Of a stretch of DNA of 64,000 bases, positions 49,667 through 59,658 are shown piece by piece. Source of the stretch: a bacterium (GTDB lineage Bacteria; Bacteroidota; Ignavibacteria; UBA10030); the NCBI GenBank assembly GCA_043803945.1, contig JAZDJN010000104.1, positions 70,647 to 134,646 of the forward strand. Reading direction: 5' to 3'. Numbering within the stretch: position 1 is the first letter of the stretch; each line of letters starts with the position of its first letter. Below the pieces are notes generated by a model. That model had not been told where the DNA came from, ran no database searches, and was given only the letters and a program-made list of their open reading frames with translations. Both the position numbers and the translations under genes were made by a program.

Positions 49667-49806
49667 CCACTGATGCACACGGATATACACTGAACAAGCA
49701 TCGGTTTTTTCTATGTTCTTCGTGTTTCTTCTCAGCCAAAGGCTGATCCGCCAAACAGACGCCTGCCTGCCGCAGGCAGGGCGGACAGGTGCGCCTGGCG
49801 CAGTGG
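49667..49806. repeat. inverted repeat pair with nested hairpin insertions
   Basis: CCACTGATGCACACGGA ... TTCGTGTTTCTT[CAGCCAAAGGCTGATCCGCC..[CCTGCCTGCCGCAGGCAGG]GCGG..]AGTGG. Confidence 0.7.
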
Positions 49807-49864
49807 AATAGTTACTGAACTGTTATACGAAATCGTACTATTTCTCCATAAACAGGAACCTCCA

Positions 49865-50788
49865 ATGAACCATATCAGACCTCTTCTACTTTCGGTAATG
49901 CTGCTCGTTGCAGTGCTTTGCTCCGCCCAGATGAAAATCACCGACCGGCAGCGGCTGAGCCCTGCGCTGACAGGTGAATATTCACATCCTCAATTTTCAC
50001 CCGACGGCAAGGCCATTTTCTTCACAACACCCGAAGCCAATGGCATCTGGCAATACACACTTCCCTCCGGCCAGACACAGCAAATCACTTCGGATTCCAA
50101 GACGGGTGTTTCGTTTACAATCTCCCGTGACGGCAGGAAAATCGCTTACCGGCGCACAACCACCGACAAAGTCACACACCGGCAGAAGCAGGAGTTGATT
50201 GTGAAGGACCTAACAACCGGATCAACGGCCACTGTGGCTACGGGAAGTGACATTTCCCTTCCTGCCTTCTCTGAAAGCGAACTACTCTATAGTATTGGCA
50301 GTTCAACAAAGAATCTCAACAGGATGAAGAGCGCTGATGGAATCAAGATCCTCGGTATCGAAAATACGAAAATCATACTTTTACGAAACGGTCAAAAGCG
50401 GATACTTGACCCCCTAAAGAACGGGAGCTACATCTGGCCGGTGCTCTCTCCTGATAAGAAGACGATCGCCGCCTATGAAATGGATCGCGGGACATTCGTC
50501 TGCGACCTCAATGGAAAGATTCTTGCACGGCTTGGTCGTCGGAATGCACCAAGTTGGACCCGGGACTCGAAGTGGTTAGTCTATATGAATGACAAAGACG
50601 ATGGCCACCAGATACTCTCGTCCGATCTCCAATGTATATCACCGGATGGCAAGACAGCCGTCCAGTTGACCAGCACTCCGGATATATTCGAAATGTATCC
50701 TCACTGCTCGCCGACAGAAAATAAAATCATATGCAGCACGCTAAAAGGCGAACTTTATTTACTCACTTACACTGTTGAATCCAAATGA
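49865..50788 (+). CDS. TolB-like PD40 beta-propeller protein
   Basis: PQFSPDG, ISRDGRKIAY, LSPDKK, PSWTRD; signal peptide. Confidence 0.85.
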   Translation: MNHIRPLLLSVMLLVAVLCSAQMKITDRQRLSPALTGEYSHPQFSPDGKAIFFTTPEANGIWQYTLPSGQTQQITSDSKTGVSFTISRDGRKIAYRRTTTDKVTHRQKQELIVKDLTTGSTATVATGSDISLPAFSESELLYSIGSSTKNLNRMKSADGIKILGIENTKIILLRNGQKRILDPLKNGSYIWPVLSPDKKTIAAYEMDRGTFVCDLNGKILARLGRRNAPSWTRDSKWLVYMNDKDDGHQILSSDLQCISPDGKTAVQLTSTPDIFEMYPHCSPTENKIICSTLKGELYLLTYTVESK

Positions 50789-53436
50789 AGCGACTATCTT
50801 GTTTTCACTCATTTAATTTACTTCGACGCATACGAAATACACCAGTATTCTCTAGACCCCCTCTTCCTCTCCCCCTTAGAGGGAGAGATAATATTACACC
50901 TTCCCCTCTGAGGGGAAGGGAGGGATGGGGTCAGAATCGTGCTTACACAATTTCTTTCAAACTCCTCTTGTTATTCTGTGGTCTCCTACTAATTTCAGCG
51001 ACTGCGACTGCTCAGGTCTCAAACCTTTCTGGTATCAAGATCTGTATTGATCCGGGGCATGGTGGGTATTTTGCAGCCACCGACCGGCATGTCATTCCAG
51101 ATCCAGGTATCGATTTCTGGGAATCGGAGAGTAACTTTCAGAAAGCTCTCCTGCTCAAAAGCCTGCTTGAGGCTAAGGGTGCCCAGGTACTCCTCACGAG
51201 AAATACCAATTACTATCCAAATGATGAAGAGCCCGGTCTTTCCGCACGTGTAGCCCTAGCGAATGCAAATAACGTCAGCTGGTTTCATTCCATCCATAGC
51301 AACGCCGGAGGCGGGGGAACAGCAAACTACACGCTTATGCTCGTCAGAGAAAAAGTTGTCGCCGGAGGCGATGCCGTCTATGGACCAGGTACAGGCCAGC
51401 CACAGACACAAGAGGCATGGGATATTTCAAAGATAATTGGACCAAACATTGTCTTACGCCTGCGAACACAACGATACACTCAATATCTCGACTGGACATT
51501 TTACGGCGGCAGCAATGGGGGATACACGCTCGGGGTTTTGCGAGGGCTGAATATGCCGGGTCAATTATCGGAAGGCTCATTTCACGATAATTTGGCAGAG
51601 ACTCGCCGATTGATGAACAATAGTTATCGAAAGATGGAGGCGTACGCGATTCGGGACGCTTTTATGCAATATTTCAATGTACCGGCAGATACGCTCTGCA
51701 TTGTTGCAGGCATCCTCACTGAACGAGGTACCAATAAAGTTGTCAATCTTTCTCAGGTACGCATTCTCCCCGAAAACAGAACTTATACTGGCGATGTGTA
51801 TAATAATGGATTCTACATGTTTGACAGTCTCGTTGCCGGTCCGCATACGATCATCTGTGAAACGCCCGGCTTCTGGCGTGATACACTTCAGGTTACTTTG
51901 ACAAAAGGCTCTCTTTCATTTAACGATCGCCAAGTCGAATCCACTTCTTCACCTGTTGTCCTGGGTTATACACCCGCCAATAGGGATACTCTCTTTGCGG
52001 CATCGGGGCAAATAAAGTTTATCTTTTCAAAAATCATGGATACAGCTTTGGTGAGAAAGGCATTCAGCATCACCCCTTTTGTCAAGGGAACGCTGAACTG
52101 GTCGGTGAACAACACAACGCTGATCTTCAAGCCCGACTCCGTCGTTCTTCCCTTCAATACGACATTTATCATTACGATCGATACCCTGGCTAAATCGGAA
52201 AGCGGGCTGACGATTGACGGCAATGCCGATGGCATCTCTGGTGATCCATTTACTGTAACATTCAAAACGAAACCTGTCGATGCATGGGCACCGAAAGTAA
52301 TTTCCACCTCTTTCTCTGCCAGCAAACCGATGTCACCCAATGGCGTCATCAACATCACGTTCGATGAACCGCTCAATCCGGCAACAGTAAACAGCACCAA
52401 CGTTGTCATGCTCGAGTCTCGCACTATCGAATATTATGAGGTGAACGGAAAAGGCGGGATCAACGTCTACCTCACAAACGGTTTTACTCCGGGTAAGACA
52501 TACAAACTACGACTTGGCGCTATTGCAGATAAAAATGGAAATGCAATTCCCCTTACGCCATCGATCATCTATGAAATTTCGATTGCACCGCTTAGCAACC
52601 AGATAACAACACTCGAAGATTTCAATACCGACCTGACCTCCTGGTGGCAGCCAAGCGCGAGCGGTTCCACCGCCGGTATGGATAGTGCATCCTTCACGCG
52701 TGACGTTACCACCTATTTGCGCATGCTGCCAAACAACACGGCATCGGCAAGACTAAGCTACACCTGGAAGACTTCATCGTCAAGCTGGCTGCTGCGTGAA
52801 TATCTTGGCGGCGGTGCTCCACGGAACATTACCTGGACTGCAAAAGGAATGTGCCTCCAGACATATCTTTTTGGCGACGGCAGCGGAACACCTTTCCGTT
52901 TCGCCATTGACGACGGTGCATCGGAGCATGAGGTCAGTCAATGGGTTACCATCGACTGGGTTGGATGGCGATTGGTGGAATGGGATTTGGAAAACGATTC
53001 AGTTGGTTCCTGGATCGGGAATGGAAAATTGGATGGCACATTACGATTCGACAGCTACCAGCTAAAATACGAACCGGGATCGAGCACCGCAGCCGGAGCA
53101 ATTTATCTCGATCAGCTTCAACTGGTGAAGAGTACCTTGGTCGATGTGGAACAAGTAACCAGCAGCATACCGACACAATTTGCTCTTTTACAGAACTACC
53201 CGAATCCCTTCAATCCCAGCACGACCATCACCTTTGCGGTACCGTCGAAATCGAAAGTGACATTGAAGATTTTCGATCTTCTGGGCAGAGAGGCGGCTAC
53301 ACTGGTTGACGAAGAGAAAGAGGCCGGAACGTATCGGGTGGTTTGGAATGCAGGCAATCTCTCCAGCGGTGTGTATTACTATCGTTGTTCTTCCGGTGAC
53401 CGCATCGAAACAAAAAAGATGATGCTCCTGCGCTAA
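50785..53436 (+). CDS. secreted N-acetylmuramoyl-L-alanine amidase with Ig-like domains and T9SS CTD
   Basis: ICIDPGHGG, FHSIHSNA, LSEGSFHD, Big_5-like repeats, QNYPNPFNPST...KKMMLLR. Confidence 0.9.
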   Translation: MKRLSCFHSFNLLRRIRNTPVFSRPPLPLPLRGRDNITPSPLRGREGWGQNRAYTISFKLLLLFCGLLLISATATAQVSNLSGIKICIDPGHGGYFAATDRHVIPDPGIDFWESESNFQKALLLKSLLEAKGAQVLLTRNTNYYPNDEEPGLSARVALANANNVSWFHSIHSNAGGGGTANYTLMLVREKVVAGGDAVYGPGTGQPQTQEAWDISKIIGPNIVLRLRTQRYTQYLDWTFYGGSNGGYTLGVLRGLNMPGQLSEGSFHDNLAETRRLMNNSYRKMEAYAIRDAFMQYFNVPADTLCIVAGILTERGTNKVVNLSQVRILPENRTYTGDVYNNGFYMFDSLVAGPHTIICETPGFWRDTLQVTLTKGSLSFNDRQVESTSSPVVLGYTPANRDTLFAASGQIKFIFSKIMDTALVRKAFSITPFVKGTLNWSVNNTTLIFKPDSVVLPFNTTFIITIDTLAKSESGLTIDGNADGISGDPFTVTFKTKPVDAWAPKVISTSFSASKPMSPNGVINITFDEPLNPATVNSTNVVMLESRTIEYYEVNGKGGINVYLTNGFTPGKTYKLRLGAIADKNGNAIPLTPSIIYEISIAPLSNQITTLEDFNTDLTSWWQPSASGSTAGMDSASFTRDVTTYLRMLPNNTASARLSYTWKTSSSSWLLREYLGGGAPRNITWTAKGMCLQTYLFGDGSGTPFRFAIDDGASEHEVSQWVTIDWVGWRLVEWDLENDSVGSWIGNGKLDGTLRFDSYQLKYEPGSSTAAGAIYLDQLQLVKSTLVDVEQVTSSIPTQFALLQNYPNPFNPSTTITFAVPSKSKVTLKIFDLLGREAATLVDEEKEAGTYRVVWNAGNLSSGVYYYRCSSGDRIETKKMMLLR
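50855..50932. repeat. 78-bp palindromic element in frame inside CDS
   Basis: GACCCC..CTCCCCCTTAGAGGGAG..CCTTCCCCTCTGAGGGGAAGG..GGGGTC. Confidence 0.75.
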
Positions 53437-53558
53437 ACCTCAGCGCCTTCGGAAGGTTACTCAGATTGCTACATCGACCTTCCGAAGGTTCTAAAAGAAA
53501 GATTGAAATCGAACGGTTCCCTACATTCCGATTCCAATATGAAGGGAACGGTTCGGTC
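53437..53558. repeat. two REP-like doublets between convergent genes
   Basis: CCTTCGGAAGGTT/ACCTTCCGAAGGTT and GAACGGTTCCCTAC/GGGAACGGTTC. Confidence 0.65.
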
Positions 53559-53562
53559 AATT

Positions 53563-55860
53563 CTAGAATTCAAATGATTTCCCAACAATCGATGCATCGG
53601 TAATCAAGGCAGACCGGGGAATCATCCATACCGGCCTGGCAGGAAAAATCTTCTTTACTTCATCCTGCAATTCCTGTGACACAGTAAAGAGTCTCATACC
53701 AAACCGCGGCTCCTTCTTTACTGTAACTTCCAACTCAACACTCTCTCCTGCCATACCGAAACAAATCTTCGGCCAGCGGATCGGCGTACGCTGCGACAGC
53801 GAATCGAGTGATCGCTTGTTCACTGCCACCTGATACACAATGTCAGGAGTTTCCGCCTCAATCGCCAGCATCGAGGCAATCCTCGGTAACCGAATCTGAA
53901 TCCGGAGGACTCGCATCGAATCGAGTACTCGTTCATCGAGAAGCGTTGCTTCCGGTCCGGCAAGCTGAGTGTACGGAGCAGCACTGGAGAGAAATGCCGT
54001 TTTAGAGAATAGAAAATATCGCGGCAGAGGAACATTTTCGATTTTTCCCTTGATAGAACGGCTCGTCCACTCATCTAACCGTGAATCCCATGTCGCCCAG
54101 ACGGCGGTCTGATCATTGAGATCGACGGCATAGAACAGCGAATTGGGTTTTGGATGCTGCTCACTCGGTGCGCGTGAGAACAGCGCGAGAAGTATACAAA
54201 CTATTGTAATGCCGGTACCTGTAAGTGGAAACAACCACGAATACCGTTCAATGAACATTGAAACCTGCATCTGCAAAAGTCCTATGAAGAGAACAAGCAG
54301 CCCGGCTAATGCCGCAGCGACGAACAGCGTCATCATATGATAGAGGAGATACAGGAGCTGTGTTGCAATGAACACCCCCGGTATCATACAGATAACCAGC
54401 ACCGCCACAATCCAGGTCGATGTGAGATCCTCATACTTACCTAGCAAAAGAATTAAATATCCGATCAGGGTGAAGGAGAGAGGCCAAACAACGATGTAAC
54501 TTGCCGCAGGAGCTAAAAGTGTCAGCACCCAGCTCAGGATGAGCCAGAGCAGCGCCGCGCCTATCGCCAGGTTCATCCTTCCCAGCTTTTTCTCGAATCG
54601 GTCATGAAGAAGGAACGCAACAGTAGCAGCGAATGCCAGAAAAGCGATAAGGTAAGTGTCAGCCTGGTACATTGAATCGAGATAGAACATTTGAAACTCA
54701 GGATGCAATGGGCCCAGCAGCCGCCAGAGGCCAAAGATTATTCCTGCGGCAAGAACAACCCGGGCAAGAAACAGGAGAAACCCCAGTCCGATATTCAGGA
54801 GAGAAAGATCTTTCCGTTTCAACCCCAGGAAAAGAATCAATCCGAAAAGCGCCGTCGTAACGCACACCAGAGGAATGCTCCACGAAGCAGGATACATGAT
54901 GAAGCTGCCCAGAAGAAAGGAGAAATAGACGAGATTTGGTCCGCGCGTATTGCCGAGGTCGACGTTCCCAAAATGAAGAAGGCAAGAAAGCATATTCTCT
55001 CCATGGTGTTGAATGGTACGTTCATCAACATGGCTGAGATTGTCATTCACCGTGTGATAATCGATGGCACTGTTCGCGTGGGCAAAATTCAATCCGCTCG
55101 CCCCTTTTCGTTTCAGGATGGTAAAATCGGTGTTGTTCGGAAGGAGCCGGTAAAGTTCATATAGCAGAGAGCTGGAAAATTTACTTGGAATAACCCGGTC
55201 AAACTCCCTCACCACCCATCCGTTCTCCTCACTCGTCTCAAACATGATAGAAGGGCCGGACGAGCCGCGTGCTTCGAAATTCATGACAAATCCAATACTG
55301 TCGGAGATCGGAGATTCCTCCATAAATGCTTTGGCCCCAAAGAGCCCCATCTCCTCGGAATCAGTGAAGAGAATTATGAGATCGTTCCTCAACGGAGGAT
55401 GGTGTTGTAATGCTCGTATGGATTCCAGCATCGAAACGACGCCGGAGCCGGCATCATTGGCGCCGGGTGCGAGTGGAACCGTATCATAATGAGCGGCCAG
55501 CAGGACAGCTTTAGTATTATCTCTCCCCCGGATTGTGACCAAAACATTTTCGATACATGACACTCGTGAAGCCGAACGTACCATTGTCTTTTGAATAACC
55601 GGATTAAAACCAAGCAGACGCAATTGCTGGAGCAGATACTCCTTCGTTCTCTGATGCGAAGGCGAACCAACGAACCGTGGTTCGACAGCAATGACCCGCA
55701 AATGCTTCATTGCTCGCGCTGATGAGAAGTATGCCGGGTCGGCAGATTCCGGCTTGCTCTGCGGTGAGCGAATATCGGAGAGGGCAAGAATGACAACAAC
55801 GATAATGGCAATGATCGTGCCAAGTGGATGGAGAGAAGTTTTCATGGGAAGTGTATCCAT
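53563..55860 (-). CDS. M28 family membrane metallopeptidase
   Basis: AHYDTV, GANDAGSGV, TDSEEMGLFGA, NFEARG, YHT; central TM bundle. Confidence 0.93.
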   Translation of the reverse strand: MDTLPMKTSLHPLGTIIAIIVVVILALSDIRSPQSKPESADPAYFSSARAMKHLRVIAVEPRFVGSPSHQRTKEYLLQQLRLLGFNPVIQKTMVRSASRVSCIENVLVTIRGRDNTKAVLLAAHYDTVPLAPGANDAGSGVVSMLESIRALQHHPPLRNDLIILFTDSEEMGLFGAKAFMEESPISDSIGFVMNFEARGSSGPSIMFETSEENGWVVREFDRVIPSKFSSSLLYELYRLLPNNTDFTILKRKGASGLNFAHANSAIDYHTVNDNLSHVDERTIQHHGENMLSCLLHFGNVDLGNTRGPNLVYFSFLLGSFIMYPASWSIPLVCVTTALFGLILFLGLKRKDLSLLNIGLGFLLFLARVVLAAGIIFGLWRLLGPLHPEFQMFYLDSMYQADTYLIAFLAFAATVAFLLHDRFEKKLGRMNLAIGAALLWLILSWVLTLLAPAASYIVVWPLSFTLIGYLILLLGKYEDLTSTWIVAVLVICMIPGVFIATQLLYLLYHMMTLFVAAALAGLLVLFIGLLQMQVSMFIERYSWLFPLTGTGITIVCILLALFSRAPSEQHPKPNSLFYAVDLNDQTAVWATWDSRLDEWTSRSIKGKIENVPLPRYFLFSKTAFLSSAAPYTQLAGPEATLLDERVLDSMRVLRIQIRLPRIASMLAIEAETPDIVYQVAVNKRSLDSLSQRTPIRWPKICFGMAGESVELEVTVKKEPRFGMRLFTVSQELQDEVKKIFPARPVWMIPRSALITDASIVGKSFEF

Positions 55861-55889
55861 TAGGATTTCAGTATGATTGGTGGCCTGAT

Positions 55890-56214
55890 GGGGCTTCCAA
55901 AAAGAAACGATCTGTCACACCGAAATGTCTGGACCTGACTAAAAAGAAAAAAACTAGGGCATCACGAACCACTTCGTGACGCAATATGCCGAAAACATTC
56001 AGATTTCATGTGTCACGGTGTGGACCGTGACACCCTTGGCGTACTTTTTAGTCAGCCCCGATACCTCGACGAAGTCGGGCTTCAATCCGGTGTCCAGTAC
56101 ATTGATTTAGCATTTTTCTGGATTCTCTGCCTGCCAAAGTTTCTTTAGCACGCAGGCAGGCGGCTAGAAGCTTGCCGGAATGACAGTCCGTGAGTTCTCT
56201 TTTTGGTCAGTCCC
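55890..56214. mobile_element. MITE containing a second nested MITE (55931-56059) and hairpin insertions
   Basis: Outer GGGGCTTCCAAAAAG...CTTTTTGGTCAGTCCC; inner GGACCTGACTAAAAAG...CTTTTTAGTCAGCCCC. Confidence 0.78.
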
Positions 56215-56403
56215 TGCCTGCCAAAGTGCCTTTGGCACGTAGGCAGGGGTGGGATCAGATCACACGATACAGAGAATCTGTTCGTTCCCGGAACTCCCTC
56301 TAAGAGGAGGTGTGGTCGGGTTCGCGTCTATACTTGAGAAAATTTCTTGATCAACTGTCGTCACCTTCGAAGGAAACTCGATTAATCAGTGTAATCTGCG
56401 GTC

Positions 56404-58287
56404 CTACACAACCAGTACCGGTATCGACAATCCATGACGAACCTTCGGTATGGTTGTACCAAAGAAGAAGTCTTTCAAACCGCTATGGCGGTGTCCACCC
56501 ATCACGAGCAGCTCAACGTGATTCTCTTTGGCAAAACCGATAATCTGATCGGACACCTTACCATACTTGAGGAACGGGTGAACTTCAAGACCCGTATTGC
56601 GAAGCTGTTCGGCAATTTGTTCGATATACTCCATATCCTTGCGGGCTTCCTCATCATAGGCATCTGTGCCAAACACCTGTCCGCTGACACCATCAACAAC
56701 ATGGAGCACGTAGAGTGCGGCGTGATGGAACTGCGCCAGGGATTGAGCATGAGAGAGCATCGTACTATCTATCGATCCGCTGTCGATTGCGACACCGATC
56801 TTCGTATAGTGTTGCGGAGACAATTGAATTTGCGGCATAGGCGGTCGCTCAGGCTTTCTCCAGAACTTCCAGGATTTTGGTGTTGAAATATACATGAGCA
56901 GGAATGCAACTCCAACCGTAAACGGAACAACGAGGATCCAGTAATACACGGCGTACTCACCGGCACCCTGAATCCATTCAGAAATTTTGCTGATGAGCAA
57001 ATTGACATTAAACACGACAATAATGGCAGCGGTAGTCCATGCAAGCACTTTCACCCAGAAGGGACTCACAAAACCTTTCATGATCGACTTATCGCTTGTA
57101 AACCTGATCAACGGGATGATGGCAAAAGGCAACTGGAGACTTAGGATCACCTGACTGAGGATCAACAAGTCATACGATCCCCGATCACCTTTAATGGTAA
57201 TAACGATGACGGCGGGAATGATCGCTATCAGCCGGGTAATCAGGCGGCGAACAAAGGGTCGCACGCGCAAAAGCAGGAATCCTTCCATCACAATCTGGCC
57301 TGCAAGTGTCCCCGTCATGGTTGAGCTTTGACCGGCGGCAATCAAGGCAATGGCAAAGAGGGTGCCGGCCAGAGTTGTTCCGAGCAGCGGCGTGAGCAGT
57401 TCATGGGCTTGCTGGATTTCATGGACCACAATGTTATTCCTGAAAAATACCGATGCCGCAACGATGAGAATAGCGGCATTCACGAACAGAGCCGCATTAA
57501 GCGCAACGGTGGTATCGATCAGATTGAATTTACATGCTTCTCGTTTACTCTCCACTGTGGATCCGACATCGCGCGTTTGCACGAGCGCCGAGTGCAGGTA
57601 GAGATTATGCGGCATGACCGTCGCACCCAGAATTCCAATTGCCACGTAGAGACTTTCTTTCGATATGTGTGGAATGAGTCCTGTTGCTACCTCTCCCCAT
57701 ACGGGCTGGGAGTAAATAAGCTCCATAATAAAACAGAGGCCCACCGTGGACACCAGCATAACAATAAACGCCTCCATCTTGCGAATGCCAAGATGCTGGA
57801 TGGCAAGAAAGAGAATCGTATCGAATCCGGTGATGATGACTCCGTAGATGAGCGGAATGCCGAAGAGAAGATTCAAACCGATTGCGGTGCCCAGTACTTC
57901 AGCAAGATCGCATGCGGCAATGGCAATCTCACAGAATATCCAGAGGGTGTGTGTGATGAGCTTTGGATATTGATCGCGGCATGCCTGTGCAAGATCGCGT
58001 CCGGTGACAATGCCAAGGCGAGCGGAGAGTGTTTGGAGGAGTATTGCCATTGCGTTGGACATGACAAGAACCCAGAGGAGTTGGTACCCAAAGCGTGCCC
58101 CTCCTTCCAGGTCTGTCGCCCAATTGCCGGGATCCATATACCCTACGCTGACGAGATAGGCCGGACCGGCAAAAGCAAAAAGTCGTTTTAAAAATCCGAC
58201 ATTTCGAGGAATTCTGACGGTGCTATGGACATCTGATAACGAAACAGGAGGCTGCTCATTACTACCCATCGATACCATTTCCTTCAA
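56404..58287 (-). CDS. mntH: Nramp-family Mn2+ transporter with C-terminal universal stress protein domain
   Basis: GYMDPGNWATD, GATVMPHNLYLHS, QSSTMTGTLAGQ; C-terminal LLVMGGHRH...SIPVLVV. Confidence 0.95.
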   Translation of the reverse strand: MKEMVSMGSNEQPPVSLSDVHSTVRIPRNVGFLKRLFAFAGPAYLVSVGYMDPGNWATDLEGGARFGYQLLWVLVMSNAMAILLQTLSARLGIVTGRDLAQACRDQYPKLITHTLWIFCEIAIAACDLAEVLGTAIGLNLLFGIPLIYGVIITGFDTILFLAIQHLGIRKMEAFIVMLVSTVGLCFIMELIYSQPVWGEVATGLIPHISKESLYVAIGILGATVMPHNLYLHSALVQTRDVGSTVESKREACKFNLIDTTVALNAALFVNAAILIVAASVFFRNNIVVHEIQQAHELLTPLLGTTLAGTLFAIALIAAGQSSTMTGTLAGQIVMEGFLLLRVRPFVRRLITRLIAIIPAVIVITIKGDRGSYDLLILSQVILSLQLPFAIIPLIRFTSDKSIMKGFVSPFWVKVLAWTTAAIIVVFNVNLLISKISEWIQGAGEYAVYYWILVVPFTVGVAFLLMYISTPKSWKFWRKPERPPMPQIQLSPQHYTKIGVAIDSGSIDSTMLSHAQSLAQFHHAALYVLHVVDGVSGQVFGTDAYDEEARKDMEYIEQIAEQLRNTGLEVHPFLKYGKVSDQIIGFAKENHVELLVMGGHRHSGLKDFFFGTTIPKVRHGLSIPVLVV

Positions 58288-58538
58288 TATTCATAATTCG
58301 AGAATTGTGCATCGTCCGCTTAATCAAAATAGGAATTGTCCGGCAAAGGTTCAAGAAAATCGATCCTGTGAGCCTGGAACGAACCACTCTTTTCTATCAC
58401 CCGGGTGTGAACACCGTCATTGGAGAATAGTAAAGAATTAGTATCTTTAGGTGAAAATTATAATCCCGGATTCATTCTCGTATTCAGATGGTTTTCACAA
58501 CTATTGTTCCCAACTGCACAAGGACGAGACCATTCTTC

Positions 58539-59654
58539 ATGATCACACTACTCATTATCGATGATGACGATGCTTTTCGCACAACGATCGCCAACGAGCT
58601 GGAGGATGAAGGGTATAGTGTTTACCAGGCCGCAGATGGGCGCGAAGGAATTAAACACGCTCAGACTCATCTCCCCGATGTGATCCTCTGCGACATTAAA
58701 ATGCCGGAGATGGACGGATTTGAAGTGCTCGGTGAACTTCAGAAAGATCCAACCACTGCACCGATTTCTTTTATTTTCCTCACAGCACACTCCGATCAAC
58801 CGACCACGCGTCACGGCATGGCATTGGGAGCCGACGATTACCTGGCGAAACCTGTATCCATCGAAGAGGTGCTCGCCGCCATTCAAAGCCGTATCGAGAA
58901 GAGAAGAGTCCTCACACAGCAAGCCGAACGGAAACTGGATGAACTTCGAACCAGCATGAGCCTCTCGCTCCCGCATGAAATCCGGACTCCCTTAAGCGGG
59001 ATTATGGGCTTCGCCGAACTTCTGCGCGACCTGCCCGATAAGCTCACTCCAAAAGAGATTAATGAAATGGCCGTGATGATTTTAAAATCCGCCAAACGCC
59101 TTGGCAATCTCATGGAAAACTTTCTTGCCTACTCACAGCTTGAAATTCTCCTTGCCGATCCAAAACGTGTTTCAGGAATTCCTAAAGACTCGACAGCCAT
59201 GTTAGACATCAACATCGAGGAGCTTGGCAGGAAAAGAGCCGCGGAATATAATCGTACCGCTGATCTGAAGTTCTGCCTCACAAAAGGCGAGGCGGTAATT
59301 CCAACCGTCAACATGAGAAAAATTACTGAAGAGCTCATCGATAACGCATTCAAGTTTTCTCAATCCGGCACGCAGGTTACTATCTCATCCACCATCAAGG
59401 GGAAATGGTACATCCTGAACGTTGAGGATGCCGGCTGCGGGATGAGCCAGGAACAGATTTCCCATATCGGTGCCTATTTTCAATTTGCCAGAAAGAAACG
59501 TGAGCATCAGGGTGCCGGACTTGGCCTAGTGATTGCAAAGAAGATGGCTGAATTGTATGGAGGATCATTCGAACTACGCAGTGAACCAAACCGGGGGACG
59601 ACAGTTACCGTCAAACTGCCCGCAATCGTTATTCCATCAAGCGCCGGTCATTGA
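58539..59654 (+). CDS. hybrid response regulator / histidine kinase
   Basis: REC (IIDDD, DIKMPEMDG, KP), HEIRTPL, NAFKFS, DAGCGM, GAGLGL. Confidence 0.94.
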   Translation: MITLLIIDDDDAFRTTIANELEDEGYSVYQAADGREGIKHAQTHLPDVILCDIKMPEMDGFEVLGELQKDPTTAPISFIFLTAHSDQPTTRHGMALGADDYLAKPVSIEEVLAAIQSRIEKRRVLTQQAERKLDELRTSMSLSLPHEIRTPLSGIMGFAELLRDLPDKLTPKEINEMAVMILKSAKRLGNLMENFLAYSQLEILLADPKRVSGIPKDSTAMLDINIEELGRKRAAEYNRTADLKFCLTKGEAVIPTVNMRKITEELIDNAFKFSQSGTQVTISSTIKGKWYILNVEDAGCGMSQEQISHIGAYFQFARKKREHQGAGLGLVIAKKMAELYGGSFELRSEPNRGTTVTVKLPAIVIPSSAGH

Positions 59655-59658
59655 TGGT

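Noticed and set aside
58440-58465. MntR/DtxR operator upstream of mntH
   Set aside because: TTAGGTGAAAATTATAA is only a weak half match to the palindrome
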